A DNA stretch of 64,000 bases, taken from the NCBI RefSeq assembly GCF_963921235.1, contig NC_086108.1:11966001-12030000 (forward strand), given 5' to 3'. A model generated the notes under the pieces. It did no database searches, had not been told where the DNA came from, and saw only the letters and a program-made list of their open reading frames with translations. A program made the translations under genes and the position numbers. This document shows positions 23,420-35,300 of the stretch, one piece after another; within the stretch, counting starts at the first letter, position 1, and every line of letters starts with the position of its first letter. This DNA is from Mobula hypostoma. Lineage: Eukaryota.

Positions 23420-24960
23420 GTCCCGTCATAGAGCACTACAGAAAAGAAACAGGCCCATCGGCCCATTTAGTCAGTGCCAGCACGTTTTTCTAACTCGTCC
23501 CATCAGCCTGCACCCAGACCATAGCACTCCATACCACTCTCCTCCATGTACCTATCCAAATTTCTCTGTCATGTTACAATTGAACCCATATGCACTGGCA
23601 GCTCTCATTCCACATTCATACTACCCTCTGTGTGCAGAAGTTTCCCTTCAGTCTCCGTTGAATACTCTATCTTTCACCTTTGTAGTTTAACTCAACCTCG
23701 GTGGAAAAAGCCTGCTTACATTTAGAATATGAGAATGACGGGAGATTTCATAGAGGTATACAGGATTATGAGGGTGTATAGACAAGTTAAATGCAAACAG
23801 ACTTTTTCTGCTGAGGTTGGTTGGGACTACAACTAGAGGTCATGGATTAAGGGTGAAAGGTGAAAAGATTAAGGGGAACAGAGTGCAGTGAGAATGTAGA
23901 ACAAGCTGCCAGCACAACTAGTGCATGTGATCTCGATTTCAACATTTAATATAAGTTGAATAGGTACCTGGGTGGTAGGGCTTGGAGGGCTATGGTTCCG
24001 GTGCAGGTCAATGAGAGTAGGCAGTCTGTTTACAACATGGACTAGATGGACTGAAGGGCCTGTTTCTGTGCTGTACTTTTGTATGACTCTGTGTGTCTAT
24101 ATTCCTCCTAATTTTGTATACCTCTATCAAATCTCCCCTCATTCTCTTCTCTACCGTATTCAACCTTTCACTATGACTCGGGTCCTCAAATCCCAACAAC
24201 TTTATTGTAAATTTTCTCTGTAATTTTTGAAACTTATTTTCATCTTTCCTGTAGGTAGGTGACCAAAACTCCAGACAATACTCCAAATTAGGCATCACCA
24301 ATGTTTTACATAATTTAACAAATTTTTTTTTTTGCTCAGCATAACAAAACTTTCAGTTTTCAGATACAATTTACATTTCTTCCCGCTTTACACAATTTTA
24401 GCATAACATCACAACTTTGTGCTCAAAATTTTAATTTATGAAGGCCAAATTCCCAAAAGCTCTCTTTGTAATCCTATCTACCTGTGACATCACTCTCATG
24501 GAATTATAAGACCATAAGACCATAATACAACAGGAGCAGAATTAGGCTATTTGGCCCATCAAGTCTGCTCTCCCATTCCATCATGGCTGATTTATTATCC
24601 TTCTCAACTCCTTCTCCTGCTTCTCCACATAACCTTTGACATCCTGACTAACCAAGAACCTATCAACCTCTGTTTTAAATATACTCAATGACTTGGGCTC
24701 CACAGCTGCCTGTGGCAATGAGTTCAAGAGATTCATCACCCTCTAGTTCAAGAGATTCCTCCTCTTCTCTGCCTAAAGGGACATCTTTATTCTGACACTG
24801 TATTCACTGGTCCTAGACTCCCCCACTATAGGAAACCTTCTCCACATCTACTCTATCAGTTATGGATCTGTATTCCCAGATTCCTCAGTGTTATCACATT
24901 CCTCAGTGCCCTACCTTCTCAGTGTAAGTCCTACCCTGGTTAGTTGTGCAAAGTGCAATA
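23420..24960. mobile_element. Cluster of nested CR1 3' fragments on both strands
   Basis: Several RMRGDLIEVYK motifs and microsatellite-tailed ends, e.g. (ATAAGACC)n at ~24506. Confidence 0.75.
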
Positions 24961-24967
24961 CCTCAAA

Positions 24968-25230
24968 TTTTTATTTATTTATTTGTTGGTTTGTTTGGCG
25001 ATACAGCATGGAATAGGCCATTCCAGCCCAGCCAGCCGCGTTGCCCAGCAACCCACCTAGCCTATTCACAGACCAATTTACAATGACTAAATAACCTACT
25101 GACCAGCACGTATTTGGACTGTAGGAGGAAACTGGAGCAGCTGAAGAAATCCATAAAGTCATGGGGAGATATAGGTGGCTTTGGAATTGAACTCTGAACT
25201 CCGTGCCCTAAGCCACCATACCACTTTGCC
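24968..25230 (-). mobile_element. V-domain SINE (HE1-like), decayed
   Basis: GGAGGAAACTGGAGCAGCTGAAGAAATCC antisense V-domain and (TTTA)n tail. Confidence 0.7.
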
Positions 25231-25489
25231 TATTGTATTCTATTCCTCCTCCTATTTTTCAACCCCTTTTCCAGCTGGTCCAGACCACAATTCAGGCTTT
25301 GACAGCCTTCTTCACTCTCCACCACACTTCAAATCTTAGCGTTGTCCACAAATTTGTTGAACCAGTTTACAATATTATCATCTAGACCAACAACTTAAAC
25401 TTGATAAAGTAGGAGAAGGACCGATGCCGGGGTTAGTAAAAGGTGTCATACCCTAAGAACAATTTTTTCCTGATATGTGTTGAGTTAGA

Positions 25490-25860
25490 AAGACAGTTGT
25501 AAACTTAGCCAGCTTCATCACAGGCACAATAGTTCCAGGTTTTGAGGATCACTTCAACAGGCAGTGTCTTAAGAAGGCTGCATCCATCACTGAAGATCCT
25601 CACCTTCTAGGACAAGCCCTCTTCTCATCACAGAGAAGATACAGAAGTCTGAAGACCTGCACACAATGATTCAAGAACAGCTTCAACCTCTCCACCATCA
25701 GATTTCTGGACAATCACTACCTCATGATTCTTTTCTGCACTACTTATTTATTTTGTAATTTATAGTACTTTTACTTATAGTACTTAGCACTGTACTGCTT
25801 ACTACAAAACAAGACATTGCACACCATGTCATCCCGTGGTGATAACCCTGTATCAGATTG
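25490..25860 (+). mobile_element. Rex/Babar-like 3' fragment
   Basis: YRSLKTCTQ*FKNSF..STIRFL motif. Confidence 0.65.
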
Positions 25861-25924
25861 TTTGACGTTGGACACTGTTGATCGTTGGTTCATCTGCTGG
25901 CTTTCTTGGGTGAAAATTATTAGC

Positions 25925-26220
25925 TCAGACGATCTCAGCAGGTCAGGTAGCATCTATGGAAATGAATAATTAGTCCATGTTTCGGGCCAAGACCCTTTAC
26001 AGGACTGAGAAGGAAGGTGGAAGGTGGCATAATAAAAAGTTGGGGGAGGGGGCAGGAAAAAGAGGCTAGATGGACGGTGATAGGTGAAGCCCGGTGGGTG
26101 GAAAAGGTCAAGGGCTGCAGAAGAAACAATCTGATAGGAGAGGAGAGTAGATCACAGGAGAAAGGAAAGGAGGAGGGGAGGCTCTTGGCTCAAAACATCA
26201 ATTGTTTATTCATTTTCATA
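25925..26220 (-). mobile_element. Penelope-derived repeat with a short inverted second copy
   Basis: Antisense AGGGTCTTGGCCCGAAAC at ~25979-25996; a plus-strand remnant lies at ~26183-26221. Confidence 0.65.
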
Positions 26221-26960
26221 GAAACCCTACAGCTCAATGTAGGCCCTTCGGCCCACAAGGTTGTGCTGAACATGTACTTACTTTAGAAATTACCTCATGT
26301 TACCCATTGCCCTCTATTTTTCTAAGCTCCATGTACCTATCCAAGAGCCTCTTAAAAGACCCTATCATATCCACCTCCACACAGTCGCAGGCAGCCCATT
26401 CCACACACGCACTCACCACTCTCTGTGTAAAATACTTACCCCTGCCATCTCCTCTGTACCTACTTCCAAGTACTTTAAAACTGTGCCCTCTCGTGTTAGC
26501 TATTTCAACACTGGATAAAAGCCTCTGACTATCCACACGATCAATGCCTCTCATCATCTTATACATCTCTATCAGGTCACCTCTCATCCTCCGTCGCTCC
26601 AAGGAGAAAAGGCCAAGTTTACTCAACCTCTTTTCATAAGGCATGCTCCCCAATCCAGGCAACATCCTTGTATATCTCCTCTGCACCCTTTCTATAGTTT
26701 CCATATCCTTCCTGTAGTGAGGTGACCAGAACTGGGCACAGTACTCCAAGTGGGATCTGATCAGGGTCCTATATTGCTGCAATATTACCTCTCGGCTCTT
26801 AAACTCAGTCCCACAGTTGATGAAGGCCAATGCACCGTATGCCTTCTTAACCACAGAGTTAACCTGTGTAGCAGCTTTGAGTGTCCTATGGACTTGGACC
26901 CCAAGATCCCTCTGATCCTCCGCACTGCCAAGAGACTGACCATTAATACTATATTCTGCA
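26215..26960 (-). pseudogene. CR1 ORF2 C-terminal fragment
   Basis: ORF 26300-26854 carries LEYCAQFWSPHY and LERRRMRGDLIEMYK. Confidence 0.9.
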
Positions 26961-27074
26961 TTTTTTCATAGATGCTGCCTGACCTGCTGAGTTTCTCTAG
27001 CATTTTGTGTGTGTTGCTTTAGGTTTCCAGCATCTGCAGACTTTCTAGTGCTTAGGCTAAGACAATCTATCTGT

Positions 27075-27300
27075 CTCACTGTCTTCTTTGTCACTGTCAC
27101 TGTGCAGTCATTGAGACAGAGCAATCACAGTTCTATTGTCTTCATGGTCTCACTGCCTTCACTGTCACTTTTACGGCAGAATCGCTGACACAGTGCAATC
27201 ACAGTGTACCATGTCTTCATTGTCTCACTGGCTTCACTGTGATTGTCACTGTGCAATCACTGACAGTGCAACCACAGTGTGCCTACCACTGGCTGCACTG
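27075..27300. repeat. Degenerate ~75-bp tandem repeat (about 3 copies)
   Basis: Recurring TCTCACTG..TTCACTGT and CAG(A/T)GCAATCACAGT blocks. Confidence 0.6.
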
Positions 27301-27894
27301 GAACCTCAGGAATGCACCCTGGGGGAGGGTGGAAGTTTGGGCACATTCACCCACTCTCTCCTAGCAGTAGGCCCACAAGCCCTATGGCCTCTCTCACTCC
27401 CTCTCCCGCCCTCGCTGATATCTGTGGAACTCCAAAGTTTGAATGTTTTTCACAGTGTCAGCAAGTCAGAGCAATAGAAATTTACACCAGCATGGTGACA
27501 ACTTAATGTAATATTGTGAATTTGGAACATTACAAAGCAGCTCCAGGGATTCTGAGCACACAGAAAATATATTTTGCCTGCTCAGAGCTGAATATAAATT
27601 ACATAAACAAAGGAACAATAACAGTAATTTATTGCCCAGCCGCATTCTCATTCAACCATATTATGGTCAGTAATAATTAAACCACTCACACCATTTCTGT
27701 GGTTGGACTCCAAGCCAAACCCACCAGAAACCCAGGGACACACGAGAGGGTGTTGAGGGGAATCAAGATTTGACCTTTGTACCTTCATGTCAACTCTGCT
27801 GGACTGTTTTGACCAAAGTGAGCTTCACCCCACTATCTCACACAGCTATTGGAAAGCAATCCTGTCATTCGGAATCCACCTGGCCAATCAAAGC

Positions 27895-28570
27895 ACCACA
27901 CAAGATTCTGAAGGAACTAGGTGGGTTAGGCAGCAACTGTGGAGAAAAATGGACAGTCCATGTTTTGGTTTGAGACCCTTCATCAGACTAGAATATGGGC
28001 TTGTTGGTATAAAGAGGTGAAGGGAAGGAGAAGAGGGGAAAATGTTGGTAAAGTGATGGGTGGATCCAGATGAGGAGGTGTGTTGGGCAGATGGGGAGAG
28101 GGAGGAGAGGGTGGAAAATGAAGTAAGGAGGCGATAGATGGAAGCAACAAAGGGCTGCAAATGTTCACTCCCCGTCCCCACCCCATGTTCCCCTCCCCAG
28201 CTCTCTCCCCTGTCCATTTCCTAATGGATTCTATCATCTCCCAATGGCCATGGACCAATCCTCCCTCCTCACTTGGATGCACCTACCACCTACACACATG
28301 AGATTCTGCAGAAGCTGGAAATTCAGAGCACCCACAATATTCTGGGGGATCTCAGCAGGTCAGGCTGCATCTATGGAGGGGAATAAACAGTCAATATTTT
28401 GAACTCCACCTATCACTTGCCAGCTCTGGTCCCCCCCCCACTTTCCCCCACATCCTTACACAGACTCTTGCCCCTCTCTCTTTTAGTCCAGTTAAAGGGT
28501 CTCAACCTGAGATGTGGACTGTGTATTTCCCACTACAGATGCTGCCTGGCACTGGATTCCTCGAATGCCT
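27895..28570. mobile_element. Mosaic of Penelope-derived repeat segments in alternating orientation
   Basis: Antisense CTGATGAAGGGTCTC at 27972-27986, antisense tail at 28292-28400 and sense AAGGGTCTC...GATGCTGCCTG at 28495-28549. Confidence 0.65.
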
Positions 28571-28844
28571 AGTGTTATTGGTGTGTTCACCGAGTTAATC
28601 TGAGCTGGAGGAGGGGTGGTCTTTCCTGTAGTGGGCAGAGGGTGAGCACTGCAACACTACTGAATTTGTGATTAATAGGGTTCGGTAATCGGGTTAGAAT
28701 CTTGCTTATCTGGCTCGGGATTTCCAAAAACGTGCTGTGAGGCAGGCATCTCAATCTTCACCTAAATACACAGGGAATGCACCTTGCTTTTAATTGGCAG
28801 AGCAGGGATCGTCACACGAACGAACAGCGGGATGGGGGGGCTAC

Positions 28845-28990
28845 TGAGGGAGGGTCACACTGTGGAAGGGGTGGTACTGATAGAGGGTCAAACTGCGGAA
28901 AGGGTGGCACTGTGGGAAGATCACACTGTCGGGGGCGGGGGTGGTGGTACTGATGGAGGGTCACAATGTGTGAGGAAAGGTACAGAGGGA
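28845..28990. repeat. Short degenerate ~30-bp G-rich tandem repeat
   Basis: GAGGGTCACACTGTGG...GGTGGTACTG recurs about 4 times. Confidence 0.6.
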
Positions 28991-29134
28991 CACAGAGCCT
29001 TATCCAATGACTGGGCACACCCACCTATAAAGTTGCCCAGCAAATAGCTCCAAACATCCTTCCAAAAATTCACCTGCGATATACTTTAGTTGAGGATTCA
29101 GAAAATTACTTCAGTTTATTAAAAGAAAACAAGA

Positions 29135-29780
29135 CTATAAAACCATTAAATGTAGTAGAATTAGGCTATTCGGCCCATCAATTCTGCTCCACCATTCCAT
29201 CATGGCATTCTTCTACCTTTGCACCATAGCCTTTGATGCTCTGACAAACTAAGAATCTATCAAACTCCACATTAAATATACCCAATGATTTGGCCTCCAC
29301 AGTCGTCTGTGGCAACAGATTCCACAAATTCATCACCCTCTAGTTAAAGACATTCCTCCTCATCTCTGTTCTAAAGGGATTTCTCTCTAATCTGAGGCTG
29401 TTCCTTCTGGTCTACGACTCCTCCACTATAGGAAACACCCTTTCCACTTCCACTCAATATAGGCCTTCCGACATTCACTAGATTTCAATGAGATCCCCCC
29501 TCATTCTTCCAAAGTCCAGTGAGTACAGACCCAGAGCCATTAAATGCTTTTCATTTATATAACCCTTTCTTTCCTGGAATCAGCCTCATAAATCTCTTCT
29601 GAGCCCTTTCCAATGTCAGCACATATTTTCTCAGAAAGGGGCCCAGAACTGCTCACAATACTCCAATGAGGCCTCACCAGCTCCTCATAAAGCTTCAGCG
29701 TTACATCCTTGCTGTTGTATTCTAGTCCTCTCGACACGAATGTTAATTTTTCATTTGTCTTTCTTGCCACTGACTCAAAT
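29135..29780 (-). mobile_element. CR1 3' fragment
   Basis: SRGLEYNSKDVTLKLYEELVRPH motif and CR1 3' end. Confidence 0.8.
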
Positions 29781-30094
29781 CGAAGTTCAAGTTCAGGTTC
29801 ACTTTATTATCATTCTAACGTGTACACGTATACCACCATACAAAACAATGTTCCTCCGGACCACAGTGCACAGCACAGTACGTGTAACTCGCACACATAA
29901 CACATAAAGTAATATTACCACCAGTGAATTAACAAATAATAAGGCGAATTTGCGACACAAGTTAAAAAGTAAACAGTAAAATGCTACTTGTTCTTCATCC
30001 GTGATGAGACCTGGGGGTTGTAGGGAAAATGGACGGGCCGGAATCCATGGTGTATCTCTCTCTGTCTCCATGACTGTGAAGTGGAAAAACACTC

Positions 30095-30582
30095 ACAGGT
30101 TTGCACAGATATACCGTGGAGAGCATTCTGACTGGTTTCATCACTGTCTGGTATAGAAGGGCCACTGCAACGGATCGGAAAAAAAACTGCAGAAAGTTGT
30201 AAGCTCAGCCACTTCCATCACGGACACTAGCCTTCCCTGTATTGTAAACACCTTCAAAAGGCAATGCCTTAAAAAGGTAGCACCTATCATTAAGGACCCC
30301 ATCACCCAGGACATGCCATCAGGGAGGAGGTACAGAAGCCTGAAAGCACACACTCAACAATTCAGGAACAGCTTCTTCCCCTCTACCATCAGATCTCAGA
30401 ATGGAAATACATCCTATGAGCACTTCTTCAGTAATTTTTTCCTCTCATTTTGCAATACTTATTTAATTTATTTTTAATATATATTTCTTATTACTATGTA
30501 TTGCAATGTATTGTTGCTGCAAAACAACAAACTTTACGACACATCACGTGTCGGTGATATTAAACCTGATTCTGATTCTGAC
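30095..30582 (+). mobile_element. Rex/Babar-like 3' fragment with (TTCTGA)n tail
   Basis: VESILTG and RYRSLKAHTQQFRNSFFPSTIR motifs; GATATTAAACCTGATTCTGATTCTGA end. Confidence 0.75.
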
Positions 30583-31284
30583 TTCTGTTCCTAGAAGCCT
30601 ACCAGTCCAGGCAAGACAGCTTCCACAACCACCTGCTCTCCATTGTGACCCCTAAGGGGGTGGTGCTGTACAGTAATGCACTTGGAGTGTTCACAAGGAG
30701 GATACAGGAGTGCAGGCTTACAAATCACCACATATGCAGGAATGTGGAGTCAGATCGGCAATGAGTTTATTAGATAGCAGTGTTAGTCCAAGTTTCCCTC
30801 AAGTTCAATCCTCTGATTCTCTGCTACCTCAGGCACCAGTTGCAAAACCTGTCCACTCACTCTCCCTTGCAGCACAGGGCATGAGTTCAACTTGTATTTT
30901 TGGAGCGGGCACACTCCAGGCAGAGGGGTAATGGGCATGAGGCCAGGGAGGAGCAGATCCCCGACTCCAGTCTGCGTCCTGACATTGCAGTCCCCGCCCT
31001 CAGAAGCTGGCTTGTATCAGAGGATGAGCCGAGGCTGACTCAGTCTCCCATGCTGGGTGACTCAGTAAACTGTGAACCTGGTACAAATTCATTTAATCTC
31101 AGCCTGTTACCACCCAGCTGAGACCCTGTCGAGACCTCCGTTCCATCTGCTGTTCAGCCCATCGACAGCAGCTGAATCCAACATATTGCAAGGCAACTTT
31201 CAGTCGTGCTGGTAATTAAGATTAATTACTTCCTGGTGAGCCATTTGCAAATATTGACATACAAGAAGTAAAAATAAAATCATA

Positions 31285-31620
31285 AGATCAGAGCAGAATT
31301 AGGCCATTTGGCCCATTAAGTCTGCTCCACCATTTCAGCATGGCTGATCCGTTTTCCCTCTCAGCCCGAATCTCCTACCTTCTCCCCGACCAATGCCCTG
31401 AAGAATCCATCACGCTCTGCCTCAAATATACCCAATGACTTAACCTCCACAGCTGCCTGTGGCAACGAATTCCACAGATTCACCACCCTCCGGTGAACAA
31501 AACTCCTCCTAATGACCATTCTAAAAGGACATCCCTCTATTCTGAGGCTGTGTTCTCAGGTCTTAGACTCCCCCACCAGAGGAAACATCCTCTCCATATC
31601 CACTCTTTTGAGACCTCTAT
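31285..31620 (-). mobile_element. CR1 3' fragment
   Basis: GAATTCCACAGATTCACCACCCTC, the antisense of the RVVNLWNS motif. Confidence 0.75.
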
Positions 31621-31884
31621 CAAGGCAAATCAATTCTTAGAATTTAACTTAGATCCATGCTTAAGGGAAACATGAATTTCTAGATTTGTGGTAGGTCAAC
31701 TTCACTGCAAGTGGCCGGTTTTACCAAATCAAACTTTCTCTCCACAGGCAATTATGGTAGGGTTAGGGTTTGGGGTGGGGTACACAGATCTGAGTAGGGT
31801 GCTGGTGGGGCCAGGACCACATAACTGATAGATTAAATGGCTGCAGGAAATTATATCCCCAGTATAATAGATTGATTCTTCCAG

Positions 31885-32101
31885 GATGACCAAAACCTTG
31901 TCATAAGGTTTGGAGGTTTGCGTCCCTCAATGACCCAGTGAGCTATGTTGGCTGGAGGCAGTGCCTTGTGCTTTGGCTCTTGATAGGGTCACCCATGCCA
32001 AAGCACACCTGAGGCACAATGGAGAAAGTAGCCATGGAGAGATAGTGATGGAGGACCTTCATTGCTACCCTGAATGCCAGTGGCATAATAAGTAAGTAAG
32101 T
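31885..32101 (+). mobile_element. Bipartite non-autonomous RTE (Rex3/BovB-like 5' UTR plus 3' end)
   Basis: ACCTTGTC...GCGTCCCTCAATGA...GAGCTATGTTG...TAGGGTCACCCATG, ending in (TAAG)n. Confidence 0.55.
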
Positions 32102-32349
32102 ATAAATAGTTGCTCGGCTGTTTGTCCGTCTTTGTTTGTGTGAAGGTTTTCATTGCTTGGATTGTTAATTATATTTCTTTGTAGCTATTGTGAATGCCTG
32201 CAAAAATGAATCTCAGGGTGGTATATGATGAATTTACTTTGAATTTTGAACTTGGAAAGTTAATTGAGTGATGGGGTAATAAGTGGAAAGGTTGATGGAA
32301 GTGAAATAGAATAGTTGTTGAAGGGAAGTAAAAGAAGAATTGTGTGGAC

Positions 32350-35300
32350 AGAGCTGTAACTGGATAGAGAGGTTTCTCTGACATCTGGAATTAGATTGAA
32401 GATTTCTCTGAGAGCTGAAGTTAAAGACAGAGAGGTTTCTATGAGAGCTCTAATATAATTAAGAGGTTTCACTGAGAGCTGGAATTCAATGGAGAGAGAT
32501 TTCACTGGAAGGTGGAATTTGAAGGAGAAGATTCTCTGAGAGCAGGAACTGGATGGGAAAACTCCTGTGAGAATTGGAATTGGATGGAAAGGTTTCACTG
32601 ACATCTGGAATTAGATTGAGAGGTTTCACTGAGAGCTGGAATTGGACAGAGAGATCTCTCTTAGACCTGGAATTGCATTGAGAGTTAACACTGAGAGTTG
32701 GAATTGGGTGGACAGGTTACATTGAGAGCTGGAATTGAATTGAGTGCTTGTTATGTGAGCTGGTATTCACTGCAGAATTTTCTCTGAGAACTGAAAATGG
32801 ATGCAGAGCTTTCTCTGAGAGCTGGAATTCAATGCAGAGGTTTCTCTTAGAATTGGAAATGGGTGGAGAGGTTTATCTGAGAGCAGGAAATAGATTAAGA
32901 TGCTCCTCTAAGAGCAGGAATTGGATTGAAAGGAGCTCTCAGAGCTGGAAATGAATGGAGGGATTTCTATGAGAACTTAATTTGGATGGAGACGTTTCTA
33001 TCTGTCCTGGAATTTGGATGGAAATGATTCTCTGAGACCTGGAATTGGATGGATAGGTTTCTATGAGTGCTGGAATTGGATGCAAAGCTTTCTATGAGAG
33101 ATGGAATTTGATGGCATCATTTTGTCTGAGAGCTAGAAATGGATGGAGAGGTATCTCTGAGAGCTGGATGTATGGAAAGATTTTTCTGATGGCTGAAACC
33201 GGATAGAGGGGTTTCTCTGAGAGTAGGAATTGCATGGAGAGGTCTCTCTTCGAACTGGAAATGCATGGAGAGCTTTTTCTGAGATCTGGAATTGGATGGA
33301 TAGGTTTCTCTGAGAGCAGAAGATGGATTGGAGATTCCTCTCAAAGTTGGAAGTGGATGGAGAGCTCGATTTGGATGGTGAGGTGTCTATAAGTGCTGAA
33401 GTGTTTCTCTGAGAGCTGGAACTTGGTTGCAGAGGTTCCTCTGAGAGCTAGAAATAGGTGGGGAGTTTTCTCTGAAAGCTGAGTTGGATGGAGAGGTCTC
33501 TCTGAGAGCTTAAATTGGATAGAGTGGTTCTCTGAGAGTTGGAAGTGCATGGAGATTTTTTTCTGAAAGCTGGATATGGATGGCTAGGATTATCTGAGAG
33601 CAGGAATTGGACTGACAAATCCCTCTCAGAGCTGGAAATGGATGGGGAGAATTCTCAGAGAGCCTGATTGGGAAGGAGAGGTGTCTCTAAGTGCTGGAAT
33701 TGGATTGAAATGTTTTTCTGAGAGCTGGAATTGGATGAAGTTTTCTCTGAGAGCCGGAATTTGGTTTGAAAGGTTTCTCTGAAAACTAGGATTGAATGGA
33801 AGGTTTTCTTTGAGAGCTGAAATTGGATCAATAGGTATCTCTGAGAGCTGATTTAGATGGACAGGTCACACTGAGAGCTGGAATTGGATTGAAAGTTTTC
33901 TCTGAGAGCTAGAATTGGATTGATAGGATTCTCTGGGATTTGGAATTGGGTGGAGATGTTTTATTAAGAGCTGAAATTGGATGGAGAGATTTTTCTGAGA
34001 GTGGGAATCCAATGCAAAGGTTTTTCTTAGCACTGCAAATGGATGGAGTGGGTTCTCTGAGAGCTGGAATCAAATGGAAAGGGTTCTCTGAGAACAGGAA
34101 TTTGGATTGAGTGATTTCTCTTATAGCTGGGAATGAATTGGGAGGTTTCACTGAGAGAGGGAATTGGATGGAGAATTTTGTCTGAGAGCTGAAATTGGAT
34201 GAAGTATCTCGGAGAGCTGGAATTTGATGAGTTTTCTCTGAGCATTGAAATTGGATGGAGAGGTTTCTTTGAGAGCAGGAATTGGCCGAGAGGTTGCTCT
34301 ATGAGCAGGGATTTGGATTGAGAGTTTTCTCTGAGAGCTGGAAATGAATGGGGTGGTTTCTCTGAGAGCTGATATTGGATTGATTGGTTTCTCTGAGAGC
34401 TGGAATTGGATGGGATGGCTTCAGTAAGAGCTGGCATTGGATGGAGAGGTTCCTCACAGTGCTCAAAATGGATGAAGAGATTGATTTGAGAGCTTGATTT
34501 GGCTGGGGTAGCTTCTCTGAGAGCTGAAATTGGATGGAAGGTTTGGCAGGGGTAGTTGCTCTGAGAGCAGGAATTGGGTGTAGAGTTTTCTCTGAGATCT
34601 GAAATTGAACGCAGAAGTATTTCTGAGAGCTGGAATTCGATGGGGAAGTTTCTCTGAGAGCTGGAATCAGATGGTAAGGTTTCTATGAGAGCTGGAACTG
34701 GGTGGAATGGTTACTATGAGAGCCACTGTTTGATGGAAACCTGGAGAGCTGGAATATGTTCACTAGGTTACTCTGAGAGCTGGAATTGAATATAAAGGTT
34801 TCTCTGGGGGCAGAAACTAGATGAAGAGGTTTCACAGAGAGCTGGAATTGGATAGAGTGGTCTCTCTGTGAGCTGTATTTCATTGGAGAGGTTTCTCTGA
34901 GATCAGAAATTGGATGCAAAGTTTTCTCTGAGAGCTGGAAGTGCATTGTGAGGTTTCTTTTAGAACTGGAATTGGATAGAGAGTTTCATCTGAGAGCAGA
35001 AATAGGATTCAGAGGTTTCTCTGAGAGTAGGAATTGGCTTGTGAGGTTCCTCTGAGAGATGGATATAGGTGAAGAGGTGCCTCTGAGGCTGGAATTGGAT
35101 GGATAGGTTTCTCTGAGAGCAGGAATTGGGTGTAGAGTTTTCTCTGAGAGCTGAAGTTGGATGCAGAAGTACCTCTGAGAGCTGGAGTTCGATGGGGAAG
35201 TTTCTCTGAGACCTGGAATCATATGGTAAGGTTTCTCTGAGAGCTGGAACTGGGTGGGATTGTTACTATGAGAGCCACCATTTGATGGAAAAGTTTCTCT

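Noticed and set aside
31757..31780. Interstitial telomeric repeat
   Set aside because: Only one perfect TTAGGG unit.
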